Shown: positions 1 through 12,561 of the stretch, in pieces
Layout: the number at the start of each line of letters is the position of its first letter
Numbering within the stretch: the stretch's first letter is position 1
Origin: Eledone cirrhosa
Taxonomy: Eukaryota
Assembly (NCBI GenBank): GCA_964016885.1
Contig: OZ024747.1
Span: 85,374,001-85,438,000 of the forward strand
Direction of reading: 5' to 3'
Length of the DNA: 64,000 nucleotides
Made by a program: the position numbers and the translations under genes
Notes under the pieces: generated by a model
Told to the model about the DNA's origin: nothing
What the model saw: only the letters and a program-made list of their open reading frames with translations
The model's database searches: none

Positions 1-30
1 AAGAATCTTGTGTCTATGTTAGAAACCGAC

Positions 31-71
<41 letters not shown>

Positions 72-140
72 CCCCCCCCCTCTACCCCCTCCCTCCCGCT
101 CTCTCTCTATCCCCCCCCCCCTCTACCCCCTCCCTCTCTT

Positions 141-220
<80 letters not shown>
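31..220. repeat. (CT)n / C-rich microsatellite
   Basis: Direct reading; it explains the SLSLSL ORF at 10..348. Confidence 0.95.
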
Positions 221-226
<6 letters not shown>

Positions 227-247
227 AATATATAAAATATAAACCGA

Positions 248-715
248 TGTCGAAGGTTCTGCAGGAGTATGGGATCGATAGTCAGCTTCTTGTTACTTTG
301 ACGTCTCTACAAATCCCCGAGAATTTGTGTTCGGATAAATGGTGTTAAATCAGAACCTCAATGTGGGAGTCGGACTCCGCCAAGGGTGCGTACTGTCACT
401 TCTCCTGTTCATGGGTCGGACGCCATGCTTTCAAGCATAGTTATGTCCCTTTACGGTCTGAGTTCAAATCCCGCCGAGGTTGACTTTGCCTTTCATCCTT
501 ACGGGGTCGATAAAATAAAGTACCAGTAATGCACTGAGTAATTGCTGGCCTTATGCCTAAAGTAGAAACAATTATTTTCATGAACAGGATTGACATACCT
601 AGCCAGGCTGGAAGTGGTATCACGACTGGCTATGATATCAGACACGGTGTTACTTAACTCGACAGAAGGTGAGCTCCGATTTGCACTTGATAAGTTTGAT
701 CCCGAGTGCTGCATT
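248..715 (+). mobile_element. Decayed RTE-clade LINE reverse transcriptase fragment, interrupted by a SINE
   Basis: Frameshifted translation gives KVLQEYGID..CVRINGVKSEP..NVGVGLRQGCVLSLLLFM, then after the SINE MNRID and VLLNSTEGELRFALDKFDPEC. These match the RT motif GxRQGCxLSPxLF and the post-YADD helix of RTE elements. Confidence 0.7.
414..576 (+). mobile_element. tRNA-derived SINE (5'-truncated) with TTCATG target-site duplication
   Basis: B-box-like GAGTTCAAATCC followed by the family core GTTGACTTTGCCTTTCATCCTTACGGGGTCGATAAAATAAAGTACCAGT. TTCATG at 408-413 and 577-582. More than 10 related copies in the window. Confidence 0.9.
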
Positions 716-733
716 ATCATGACTTGGTTTTAG

Positions 734-1678
734 TTGGGTGACAGATTAAATCTACCACCCAAGGACCACGCTGTGCTGTTAAACCATGTGACAGATCAAG
801 CCTACCACTCAAGGACTGGTGGTATTGTTAAGCTGGGTGAGAGATTAAATCTACCACCCAAGGACCACACTGTGCTGTTAAACCGTGTGACAGATCAAAC
901 CTACCACTCAAGGACTGGTGGTATTGTTAAGCTGGGTGAGAGATTAAATCTACCACCCAAGGACCACACTGTACTGTTAAACCGTGTGACAGATCAAGCC
1001 TACCACTCAAGGACTGGTGGTATTGTTAAGCTGGGTGAGAGATTAAATCTACCACCCAAGGACCACACTGTGCTGTTAAACCGTGTGACAGATCAAACCT
1101 ACCACTCAAGGACTGGTGGTATTGTTAAGCTGGGTGAGAGATTAAATCTACCACCCAAGGACCACACTGTACTGTTAAACCGTGTGACAGATCAAGCCTA
1201 CCACTCAAGGACTGGTGGTATTGTTAAGCTGGGTGAGAGATTAAATCTACCACCCAAGGACCACACTGTGCTGTTAAACCGTGTGACAGATCAAACCTAC
1301 CACTCAAGGACTGGTGGTATTGTTAAGCTGGGTGAGAGATTAAATCTACCACCCAAGGACCACACTGTACTGTTAAACCGTGTGACAGATCAAGCCTACC
1401 ACTCAAGGACTGGTGGTATTGTTAAGCTGGGTGAGAGATTAAATCTACCACCCAAGGACCACACTGTGCTGTTAAACCGTGTGACAGATCAAACCTACCA
1501 CTCAAGGACTGGTGGTATTGTTAAGCTGGGTGAGAGATTAAATCTACCACCCAAGGACCACACTGTACTGTTAAACCGTGTGACAGATCAAGCCTACCAC
1601 TCAAGGACTGGTGGTATTGTTAAGCTGGGTGAGAGATTAAATCTACCAGCCAAGGACAAGGTTGTGGTGTTAAACTGA
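734..1678 (+). repeat. 99-bp tandem array (~9.5 units) forming an open 33-aa-repeat frame
   Basis: GCTGGGTGAGAG recurs at 832, 931 and onward (period 99). The ORF repeats GERLNLPPKDHTVLLNRVTDQ(T/A)YHSRTGGIVKL. Confidence 0.95.
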
Positions 1679-2161
1679 ACAATTAATTAAATGCACGGCA
1701 CAAGTAAGTCGCAACATGATTTGAACTCAGAACCCTAAGAGCTGAAACAAATAACACAAGGTATCATCTAGTCCATTGCTGTATGATTTCACCAGTCCAC
1801 CAGCCTGGGCTTGGACTGTATCGACCGCAAAACGATTTGAACTGGGAAGGTAACGAACGACTAAAACAAATATAACTCGACATGACTCATTTACTGGTGT
1901 GTGTGGGGGAAGAAGAGGGTTGTGTTAGTGGCTGTGTAGTCATTTAATTATTTCTAAACATTAATCATGAATCCACATACGTAGCTGAATATTCAGTCTA
2001 ATTTGTTATTTTTAATTAATTTTTAATTATCTACTTAAATTTTGTTTTGTGTGTGAGTGTATATATATATATATTATATTTATATATATATTATATATAT
2101 ATATATATTATATATATATATATATATTATATATTACACGCGCATACACACACTGTGTATG

Positions 2162-2199
<38 letters not shown>

Positions 2200-2254
2200 T
2201 ATATGTTTTTATCTCTCTTTATTATATTGAATTATATATATATATATATATATA

Positions 2255-2687
2255 TGAAAAATGGCGCGCTGCGTTGTTGCAAATGGGATACATATGAATA
2301 AAATTAGAGAAGAAGATAAGGCGTCCGTCATCAGTGATCTTCCAGCCGTTGTGGTATTTCTTCGCATTAAAGATCATATACCTCTGGCTGGTGCGAGCAA
2401 TAACTAAAAAAGTTATTGGGACCCGTAGAATAGGGGGAAGCGAGCGAGACATGTAAACAAACAGAGATGGTAATGCAACGGAAAGAGAGGAAGAGGAGAA
2501 ACAAGTTCGTGATATCTGTGAACTTAAGTTCGATCAAATCATGGACGAGAGACATAGACGCGTCCGAGCCATGTGAGTTGTAAGCGAGAAAGGGACGCGA
2601 CACAGGCCAGACGGGAGGAAGTGAGAGAGGGGGAGCAGCAGAAAGTGAGCGAGTGAAAGTGCGAGGAAGAGGCCAGCTGAGAAAGAG
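2255..2687 (-). mobile_element. Non-coding repeat (family P) inserted in (TA)n, carrying a permuted hammerhead
   Basis: Homologous to 14665-15190 (-) and 49600-50341 (+); flanked by (TA)n. Confidence 0.8.
2323..2422 (-). ncRNA. Hammerhead ribozyme, non-circularly permuted (copy 1)
   Basis: Minus strand reads gtcc caataac..gttattg c tcgca ccagcc ag aggtaTA tgatctt taa tgcga a GAAA tacc acaac ggctgg aagatca CTGATGA c ggac. Confidence 0.7.
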
Positions 2688-2863
2688 TATATATATATAT
2701 TTATATATATATAATATATATATATAAGTTTTCGCTCCGACATAGCTGCATATATATAAGTATGTGTATTTAGTATATCTAATGATATATGGTATGTTTA
2801 TGAATAAATATTTGAAAGCCTTTTGTTATGAATTTTGGAAGCTGATGGCTAGCGCCATCTAGC

Positions 2864-2965
2864 GAACTCCAGCAGAAGCAGAAGAGGGTACCTACCGACG
2901 ATCGTTTCTAGCTGATGGCCTTTATCAAGGCAGTGCTCCCCCTACCCTGCTCTCTGCTGGAATTC
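2864..2965 (-). ncRNA. Type I hammerhead, U3-A8 core variant, extended stem I
   Basis: ctgcc TTGATAA aggccatcagcta GAAA cgatcg TC ggtag, with outer pairing gaattccagcag/ctgctggagttc. It lies between ~35-bp imperfect direct repeats at ~2727 and ~3063. Confidence 0.75.
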
Positions 2966-3140
2966 AATGTAGGCGAAAATATATAGTTTTGACGCCTATG
3001 TACACTGATTAACCCCATTTGCATATGGAGCCGTGGGCTGACTCGGCCTGACAATAGGATTAAAGTTTTCGCTCTCACGTAGCTGTATACAAAGATGTGT
3101 GTATGTTATATATCTATATCTATCTATCTATCTATCTAAT

Positions 3141-4225
3141 CATCTCTACGTATTCCTCACCGGACAACGGGTGTGGGCCCCGTTCGTGAGGCGAGCCTTC
3201 CCATGACTCGTCTCGCTGACCGAGCTGCAGTCCTGGGTCAAGCAAAGACCGAGGAAAATGGGCGACTGGCACATCGAATGTGCTCAGGCGCTCACAGCCC
3301 TCTGGCAGGCGGACCCGGCGATCAGTGGAGACTCCACTTCGTCATTCTATAGAGGGTTGATCCGCAGCAAGTGCGACGACGCGCTCGGTGAAACTCTAGG
3401 CGTAGAGGAAGATGAACTGGCCAGTCTGTTCGGTAGGACCTTCCGCCCGGGACCGATGGACAACTTCCAAAAGTCCCTGGCCTGGCAGTGCTACCGAGGA
3501 GCTCTACCAGTTCGAGACAAGCTCTACAGACATGGGCGCTCGGGCAGGGACCCTGCAAAAAAGATCTGTCCGAGGTGCGTGCGTAACGAAGAAACCGTCG
3601 CGCACGCATTCATACACTGCCCGGGCGTCACTGACCTGTGGGGCTATGTAGAACGACTATTGTCGCGGGTGGGACCAATCCGGTTGACCACCGAGTCCAT
3701 TGTCATGATCAAACCGCCACCCTCCTTCAAAAACGAAGGAGAGGCGGTTTTCCTTTGTGTGATAGCTATGGCGAAAGAGGTTGTATGGTGGACAAGGTTG
3801 AAAGGGCTGAGGTCAGACAACTTTCTCTCCAGCCAACAACTGATTCGTTTTTTCAAATACCACTTTGGAAGAAGAATCAGGATGGAGAGAGAGGTGCTGT
3901 ACCCCAGCAAGTTTTATGAAAGGTGGGTGAAAGTGGCGAGAATGGCCCGAATGAATGGGCCTTCTCTCTATATCAGCCTGTAGGTTGAGGAAAAGGAGGA
4001 GGAGAGGAAAGGAGTACAAACTCTTCGTACTCCTGGAGATGAGGGTTGCACATTTTTTCTGGGGGTATGTGTTACTCATATGAACTGTCTCCCCCTATTG
4101 GGGATAATCGACTAATTTTTTAAATTGCATTTGTGATAATATTTTAGACGTCTTTATTGTATGTAAACTTCCTCCTTTGTATTTGTCCCCTTCTTTTGTG
4201 CCCCTGTGGCTAATAAAGAAACATA
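3141..4225 (+). mobile_element. 5'-truncated Tx1/L1-clade LINE (ORF2 C-terminal zinc-finger region + 3' UTR)
   Basis: ORF 3258..3983 has ALPVRDKL..CPRC..EETVAHAFIHC (zf-RVT-type CCHC). It ends AATAAAGAAAC followed by (ATCT)n and is near-identical to 35031-36115. Confidence 0.9.
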
Positions 4226-4245
4226 TCTATCTATCTATCTATCTA

Positions 4246-4322
<77 letters not shown>

Positions 4323-4326
<4 letters not shown>

Positions 4327-7300
4327 TAAACGGAATAGAAAATGCTGACAAATTGTTCACAGTGAAAAATAGTTTAATTAGGAATAAGTGATAATTAGTA
4401 ATAGTATTGGTTAGTATTAAGTTTTGGTTTTAAGTTTTACCGGTTGCGCATTTCTAATGCTTTTCAAAAATAATTTTGAGATAGAGCGTCCGTGATGTTT
4501 GCTCTGATCTGATTAGTTTCGGGAATTCTACCTGTTTTTATGTTTAAAAAGTGGCTCCAGCGGTATTAAAATAAGTTTTGCGCCAATTCGTGTTGCAAAA
4601 ATTCTTGTGGTCAAAACAATTTTGATTGGTCGGTAGAGGTCATGTGAATGTAAAAAATTGATTTAGCGCCAAATGTAGGTTTGTGTCGGCTGACTGAGAG
4701 ATAAGTCTTTCACAACAAATATGTGTGTGTGTGTGTGTGTGTAATAGTAGTAAAGAGGTTCGTTGTTGTGATAATGGTCAGCAGGGATGTGTGTGCGAAC
4801 CGCAGCCTGTTGACAGTGGTAGAGGGATGGTCAGTAGGAATGTGTCTGTAAGTGTGTGGGGGATATTTTAACATGTTAAAAGATATTTTTTCAGCTCTTG
4901 TCTTATACGGAGAAGTGTGTGTGTGTGTGTATCTCTTTGTATGTTAATGTACGCGTGTGTATGTGTGTGTGTATATATATATGTGTGTGTGTGTGTGAGA
5001 GAGAGAGAATGTGTGTGTGTGTGTGGGTGGATCAGTATTTATTTCTGTTAAAATGGTGTACATTATTCGATATTTTCAGTAAAATCGATTCTCTCAATAG
5101 AACATCAAAAACCTTAATAATAAAAGGTGTGAAATGATATATAGTATTGGTATAATATCAAGGTGTGTGTGAGTGTGTCCAGATTGTACGTACTGCAAGG
5201 GGGATCCATTAGGCCTTGCCGTATTGGAATACCTGTGCACAAATATGTATCTGGAATGTGTCCAGAAATTGTATACCCGTGCACAAATTGTATACCTGTG
5301 CACAAATTGTACACATGTATCTGGAGTGTGTCCAGATTGTACGTACTGCAAGGGGAATTCATTAGGCCTTGCCGTATTGGAATACCTGTGCACAAATATG
5401 TATGTGCCCATCAGTGTGCAATGCATGTGTGCATTTATGTATGTGTGTGTGTCGGCACGTTTATATCTATAGACATCAAAAGGTATGCAAATTTGTGTAT
5501 ATTTGTGTTGCACCATAGAACATGTGTGTTTACGTATGTCATTGTGTTTATATGTGGGTAGAGATGTATGCTGATGTAGGTATGTATGTTGACGTTGTAT
5601 GTTGTGGGTTCGTCTTAGGGAGAAGTGTTTAGACGGGGTCCGTATTTGTTAATAAAGTAAGATTCCTTGCTGATGCGCTGGGTGTGGGTGGCATTATCTT
5701 TAAATTTGTAGAGGGGAAAGATTCTGAAGTTGGGATGATTTTGGGCGGCACAGGTATCAATGTGTTCACTCAGTGGTATTCCCGTATTTTAATTTGGGAT
5801 CTATGGACAGTCATGCGTTGGCGGAGGCTGTTTTTGGTTTGGCCTATGTATTGTTCTCGACAACCTGAGCAAGTTAATACATATATTAGATTTTCTAATG
5901 CGCATGTGAAATTGTGTTTTACTATAAAACGTTGTCCGAACCCTCTATTAGGTTGATGCAAATGCCACAATTGGGTCTATCGCATTTTTTTTACTGTGGG
6001 TTTCGTTGTTGTGGTTGGCAGTACTTTGGCATGTATTAGGATGTTTTTCATTGACTTAGATTGTCTTTTGCTCTTTATGATATCGTGTGTTCGTAGGATT
6101 TGGTTCATTCTATGGTCCTTTTTCAACAGAGGGATGTTCTGGAGGATGGTGTCAAAGGCCTCATTGTTGAGGGGGTTGTGTGTGGAGATGTATGGAAGAG
6201 CTTTTAGTTTCGGTTGATTTACTTTAGGGTGTCTAAGGTCCTGGGTACTGAGTTTTAGGGCACGTTGGATTCCATTGTCAATTAGTGATGCAGGGTAGTC
6301 CCTGCCTATGAGTGTGTCTTTTAGTTTTTCTAGCCGTAAGTAGCAGGTGTTTTTATTGGAGACTATAGTACAGATTCTCTTGGCTAAGTTGTAGGGAATA
6401 TTAATTTTAACGTGTCTAGGGTGGCAAGAGTTGAAAGGAAGATATTGCTTGGAGTCTGTGGGCTTGTAGTATATGTCTGTTTCTATTTTTTTTGTTATGA
6501 ATCTTAATGAGGATGTCGAGGAAGGGGAGTTGTTGATGGCTGTATTCCATCGTGAAGTTAATATTCGTGTTGAGCCCATTTATAAGGGTGTGAAATTCTT
6601 TAAGTTTCTCGATGTTTTCGTGCCAAAGGATGAAGCAGTCATCTAGATATCGCTTCCAGTTCCTTTCTATGTGTAAGTGGAGAGTGTTTCCAAATTTGTT
6701 TAGGACTTTAGTGTAGAGGGTGATTTCCAGGTATCCCATGACTAGGTTGGCATAAGTGGGGGCTGTTTTCGTTCCCATAGCGGTCCCAGATTTCTGCCTG
6801 TAGGGTTTGTTATTGAAAACAAGTAATTGTTCTCCAAGATAAATTTGAGTCCCTCTATCACGAATTCTTTTTTGATGCGTTGTGGGAGTTCATTGTGGTA
6901 ATTATCCAGCAAGAATTGGATAGCTTCTATTCCTAGGTTGTGGGGGATGTTGGAGTATAGGTTGACTACATCGAACGTCACTAGTAGGGTTTGTTCAGAA
7001 AGTGGCATATTAGGGAGGTGATTGAGCATATCTAGGTCGTCCCTTATATAGCTTTTGATGTGTTTGAGAAAAGGCTTGAGAAGGGTATCAATGAAGTTGC
7101 TGAGGCGGTGGGTTTCGCAAGCGGGGCCTGCTATTATTTGAGATCATTGGGTGAGGGGACATTGATGACTATGTCTGTGGCTTCCTTGCATGCCTTACTT
7201 ATTAATTCGCTTTTATGTACTTTAGGGATACCGTAGAAAAGGCTGGATTTACTTGTGAAGTCTGTGATGAAGCTGAATTCCTTGTTAGTGAGTCCTTCTT

Positions 7301-7512
7301 TGTATTGGTTGATCAGAGTTTTGAGGTTTCTCATAATTTTCTGTTGATTGTAGTGTTCAGGCTTTTCGTAGTATGTTTCGTTTTCCAAAGTGGAGAGCGC
7401 TAAGTTGATATAGAATTCTGTCTCCATTGGGACTACTGTACTCCTTTTATCAGCCTCTTTAATTGTAATAGTTCTGTCGGTTTTTAATCTATTTAATTCT
7501 TCCCATTCTTTC
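4323..7512 (-). mobile_element. Penelope-like element, frameshifted RT + GIY-YIG endonuclease with long 3' region
   Basis: IKEADK, FYGIPKVHK, LVTFDVVNLYSNIP, MGTKTAPTYANLVM, WKRYLDDCF, LPFLDI, TDIYYKPTDSKQYL and NLIYVLTCSGCREQYIGQT across ORFs 7134..7598, 6742..7029, 6416..6778, 5977..6579 and 5770..5970. The boundary at 4323 is approximate. Confidence 0.92.
5163..5405. repeat. ~153-bp tandem duplication with short ACCTGTGCACAAAT subrepeats inside the PLE 3' region
   Basis: GTGTGTCCAGATTGTACGTACTGCAAGGGG at ~5173 and ~5326. Confidence 0.85.
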
Positions 7513-7543
<31 letters not shown>

Positions 7544-7577
7544 CATACATACATACATACATACATACATACATACA

Positions 7578-7606
<29 letters not shown>

Positions 7607-7608
<2 letters not shown>

Positions 7609-8098
7609 TGAGACAGATGACACTAAGGAATACTGGTGGAACCTGAAAATAAAAACTACCACCAAATTAAAGCACAACCGGCCTGATATTGATGTTTGGG
7701 ACGACACATTGAAAACGTGTTCTGTTGTGGAGATCAGCTGCCCACTTGATGTAAACGTTGTCAGAAAAATACAGGAGAAGGAGGACATCTACGGACCATT
7801 GATGAGGAGTTTACAAATCCAGTATCCAAGATACACCTTTAGCTTCATACCCATCATTATTGGAGCTACGGGTTATATACCAACCCGCTTGGACCAAAAT
7901 ATGACTGAACTTGGATTTGCGGACAAAAAGCGCAGCTCCCTAATTCATAGTCTACAAATGACTGCGATAGCTGGCACCTTCAAAATTTGCAAAACATTCT
8001 TGCGATTCAAAGGATGACAATTTCTTTTCTTTTACAACCTTGCCACCAGGAGGGTGGCCGGTAAAAAAAAATATACTCGAAATTAAGAGAAAGAGATA

Positions 8099-8100
<2 letters not shown>
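7607..8100 (+). mobile_element. 3' end of an R4/Dong-like non-LTR retrotransposon (restriction-like endonuclease)
   Basis: In frame from 7607: [50 protein letters not shown], which has the RPD..E..K RLE motif. Stop at 8017; (CATA)n on both sides. Confidence 0.85.
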
Positions 8101-8167
<67 letters not shown>

Positions 8168-8171
<4 letters not shown>

Positions 8172-8449
8172 GAGGTTATATTTAATTTGTTGGGATTCAA
8201 CAAGCTTAAACATTTTTATAACTGATATAAAGCACTCAACAGATTAGTGGAGTAAATATACAATATATTAACAAACTATATTTATAAAAGCATATTTATT
8301 TTATTATACATATTTCAAGGGCCACCAAGGCAAATTATGGTGCGCTTTCATCAGATAAAATACAATATAGATTTGTTTTATAAATAGATATTGATATACC
8401 CTGAAAAAAAGACAACCTTAACGTTGAAGGAAGCTCCAACCGTTAAAAT

Positions 8450-8452
<3 letters not shown>
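8168..8452 (-). mobile_element. PLE pseudo-LTR fragment (family A) in (TA)n
   Basis: Homologous to 29721-30134 and to partial copies at ~25950, ~26225 and ~57890; contains an HHR. Confidence 0.7.
8297..8362 (-). ncRNA. Minimal type I hammerhead
   Basis: tattttat CTGATGA aagcgcacca..tggtggccctt GAAA tatgta TA ataaaata (8-bp stem I). Confidence 0.8.
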
Positions 8453-8484
<32 letters not shown>

Positions 8485-8516
8485 GCATACACACACAGGC
8501 ACACACACACACATAG

Positions 8517-8592
<76 letters not shown>

Positions 8593-9037
8593 TTAAGAGT
8601 GAGTCACTGAGCAATATGTATTTTTTGTGGGGGCACAGGGGCGGCAACCTGAAGGGCTGCTCGGGGCGGCACACACTCTAGCTACATCACTACATAAAGG
8701 GACGGTTATAACATTTAACGTGCCGCCTCAGAACTGTGTTCTAATTATATTTTGGAGTGACTTGTGTTGTTAGAATTTCTGTCTTCTACTTTGGTTATCG
8801 ACGTCACGTTTCTTTGTGTCTGTAGAGTGAGTGGATACTTGGAGCTTTGCAAGGCTACAAGAGGGATATACCTGGCAGAAAACGTGACGTAATGTGCAGA
8901 GGAGGGAGACACGGTGAGAGAGAGAGGGGGAGAGGTTGTGAGAGAGAGAGTAGTAAAGTGAGTTAGGTGGAGAATTGAAGAAAGAAGAGAAGTGTAACTA
9001 AGACAAAGACGGAGGACAGAAGGATAAAGAATAAATA

Positions 9038-9110
9038 AGAAGAAAGAAGAAGAAGAAGAAGAAGAAGAAGAAGAAGAAGAAGAAGAAGAAGAAAAAGAAG
9101 AAGAAGAAGA
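9038..9110. repeat. (GAA)n microsatellite
   Basis: Direct reading. Confidence 0.95.
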
Positions 9111-10059
9111 ATATATTTAGTACCGTAGGCAGACATGGTCAGTACTATATTATCCTACAAGAACCACCACCCCCAGTAAAACAACACTCTCCATCTATTT
9201 TTCTTTTCCTTCAATCACCCGATGTATACTCCCCCTCCTCCCATACTCTACGTAACCTGTCCTGGTTATGTCCCCTTCATTCACTGCCTTCTTCACCTTG
9301 TGGCAAATAAAGGAATTCTTTATTAATTTTTATTTTTGTTATTGAAGTTTTTGTTGTTGCTTTTTTGTGTGTCAGCAACTATGTTTAACAAGAAATCTAA
9401 CTGAAAGGACGGACAGACAGACAGACGGATAGACAAACATACAGACAGACAGACAGACAGACAGGCAGGCAGGCAGACATATAGACAGATAGACATACAG
9501 ATAGACAGACAGACAGCCAGGCAGGCAGACTGACAGACAGACAGACAGGCAGAGACAGGGAGAAAGACAATGAGACAAGGTAGGTTGAATGACTGGCTGG
9601 CTGGTTGGACTGGCAGGTATAGAGGAAAATCTATAACAGTGAAATTAGTGCGGCGGCGGCGGCGTTGGTAACGGTGGTAGCACAGAAGCGAATGACGTCA
9701 TCAGTCAGTGCAACGACCGGCTGACTTGACGCGGATTATTAATGTATGTCAAATATATTATTGTAAACATGTACACAACGTATTCCACGTGTGTGGGTGT
9801 GGATCTAATTGGATGTGTGTGTATATGGGTGTGGTTCTTTTATAGATATGTGTGTACGTACTTGTGTGGGTGTAAGAAAGAGAGAAAGAGTGAAGGAAGA
9901 ATGAGATAGACTGACAAGGACATAGACTTATATATGTTTATTCAAGAACACCCACACATACATACGTATATTATTCAATATGATATACCTCGATTGACTT
10001 GGTACTCCAGTTTCGCCAATGCCGGCTAACTAATCAACCAGACTGGATGATTGAAATGT

Positions 10060-10470
10060 TTTATATAGGTTTAGCTGTTCCCCAGCAAAATTGCATCTCA
10101 CAGGTTTCTCTGTGGTTATAATAATAGGGGGCGGGGGCTTCTTGTTGTTACAGCTCACACCTATACAGTTTTAGCTGGCCTCCTACAGATTTGTATCATA
10201 AAGGAATTGTCTCAAATGTTTCAATGATCGAGGCCACCAGTCCTAGCTTGGTGTTGTTGCAACAGCTCACACCTCTGTAGGTTTAGCTGGTTTCCTACGT
10301 GGTTGTATCACATATGAGAGAACCTCGGCATGTTGATGGTAGGAGCTCCAGTGCTATCATGGTGTTGTTGTTACAGCTCATACATACGCTGGATTTAGCT
10401 GGTCTCTGCAAGGTTGCATCTCATAAGAGAACCCTTAGTGCTTTTGTGATGGAGGCCATAGTCTTATCAT
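10060..10470. repeat. Degenerate ~113-bp tandem repeat (3-4 units)
   Basis: TTGTTG..ACAGCTCA.AC..TTTAGCTGG recurs at ~10142, ~10254 and ~10366. Confidence 0.75.
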
Positions 10471-10724
10471 GAAAAACATGAGATGACGCGTCATCCTGAA
10501 GACTACTGCGCACAACCAGGTTCAGTAATCCAACTGACGAACATATAATCGCGGCTCTACTACCCTGGCTATTAGGCTATGCACCTTCACAAACTGGACT
10601 ATTAGCCTGTATCGGTAAAACTTCAGTACGACACAGCTGAGATACATGTGAGTCTATACTATATGTATGGAGTCACTCCATCAGTAAATGTTTGCGCCTA
10701 AACATCTCCAACCCAACATTAACA

Positions 10725-10840
<116 letters not shown>

Positions 10841-11060
10841 ATGTATGTATATAAAAATTGGAAAGAGGTGGGTGGAGAAATTAAAACAGCTCAAAATTCA
10901 GTAATTTATTATAATAAACAGTACAACAGACTGTTTCATACTTCCTTGAAAGATTTTTCAAACAAGCAATTGTACAAAATCCTATTGTGTTAAAAATAAT
11001 AATTACGCATAAAGCAAATTAATCATTAAAGTAATTACCAAATATGTTTTTACATAAAAT

Positions 11061-11108
11061 ATTGATTTACAATCGTTTCATCCCTTAATGGGACTTATTA
11101 AAATCAAT
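11061..11108 (-). ncRNA. Degenerate minimal hammerhead
   Basis: attgatt TTAATAA gtccc attaa gggat GAAA cgattg TA aatcaat. Stems are intact; the core is U3-A8 type with G5 lost. Confidence 0.55.
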
Positions 11109-11472
11109 TATTCATAAGCAAATATCTCATTATATCTCACCAAGCAACTCTAAAATTCACAGTCAAAGGGTTTGTTTACATTTAAAAAGACGCCATAAAG
11201 TTATAGACAGAGAGTCTTTAAAAATATATATATTGTCCAACTACAGAGCTATAGCGTCAAACCACTCTAGTACATTACTATATGCTGTCTAACTACAGAG
11301 GTATCACATCAAACCACTCTAGCACATTACTATATGCTGTCTAACTACAGAGGTATCAAACCACTCTAGCACATTACTATAAAAAATATTTTCAAATAAA
11401 TAACTGAGAAATAGAAAAAGAAAAATTATAATATAGATAAAAAAAGGATAGAAGATAAAAAGGAAAAAGTAA

Positions 11473-11570
<98 letters not shown>

Positions 11571-12266
11571 ATTGGAATAGCACTAAGACAGTGTTTAAAC
11601 CAAACAGGGGTGTGTATGAAAACATATATAACGAAATAATTATTTTTCTCTCTTTTTTTTCTCTGTGAACATGTCACAGAGTGTCAGTATCAGTCGAGAA
11701 TGACATACAGCGCTGATTCAAGATTCATTAGTCTTTCATTAGTGATATTCACTCAACATGGAAAAGACTAGAGTCCGTATGGATTTTGTGTGATGCTTTG
11801 AAGATGTTTATTTACAAGAGGATGTATGTAAGTGTTTGATGTCCTTCAAAGAAGTCGTTGTCAGAGTACTGAATCGATTATCTTGCAATACCACCGCTTT
11901 CACCGGAAATGCTGTCGTCGGATCACACAAGAGGATGGTAAACGTCAATAACCGGACTCGGTGGAGGGAAGCTCGATATGAGGTGGAAGAGAACAATGAG
12001 AGCTGACATGCAATGAACTGGATTAAAAAATGACAAAAGAGCCTTACTCAAAGCGCTGACACAGATTACGTTGGTGCGTATGATATAACAACCAGCTATT
12101 AATGAGATAAAGTCTACCAACCAGTCAAAATTTATGTCTGCAACATCTGCGTCAGATAATGGAGAACTCTTGCTGGCATAAAATGTCACAACCGAGCCTC
12201 ACAAACGTAGAAGCGTTTTCGAAAATTAAAGTAATGGCTATACTCAAGCGCGAGATAGCTGACATC

Positions 12267-12299
<33 letters not shown>

Positions 12300-12489
12300 T
12301 GTATGTATGTATGTATGTATGTATGTATGTATGTTCTGCTGGTTTTATAATTTCACAAATTTTTACCAATAGAGAGAGAGTCGGTTTCTAATATAGACAC
12401 AAGACTCTCTCATTGGAATTTACACAACAACAACTAGGTAGATTATGTATGCATGTCTGTATGTGTAGATATGGATGTTATTGTATGTG

Positions 12490-12561
<72 letters not shown>

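Noticed and set aside
5094-5561. Cys-rich repeat protein (CPDCTYCKG)
   Set aside because: A tandem duplication within the PLE 3' region, open in several frames, with no independent coding evidence.
10485-10545. CTGAAGA / CTGACGA motifs
   Set aside because: No correctly placed GAAA or NUH partner found.
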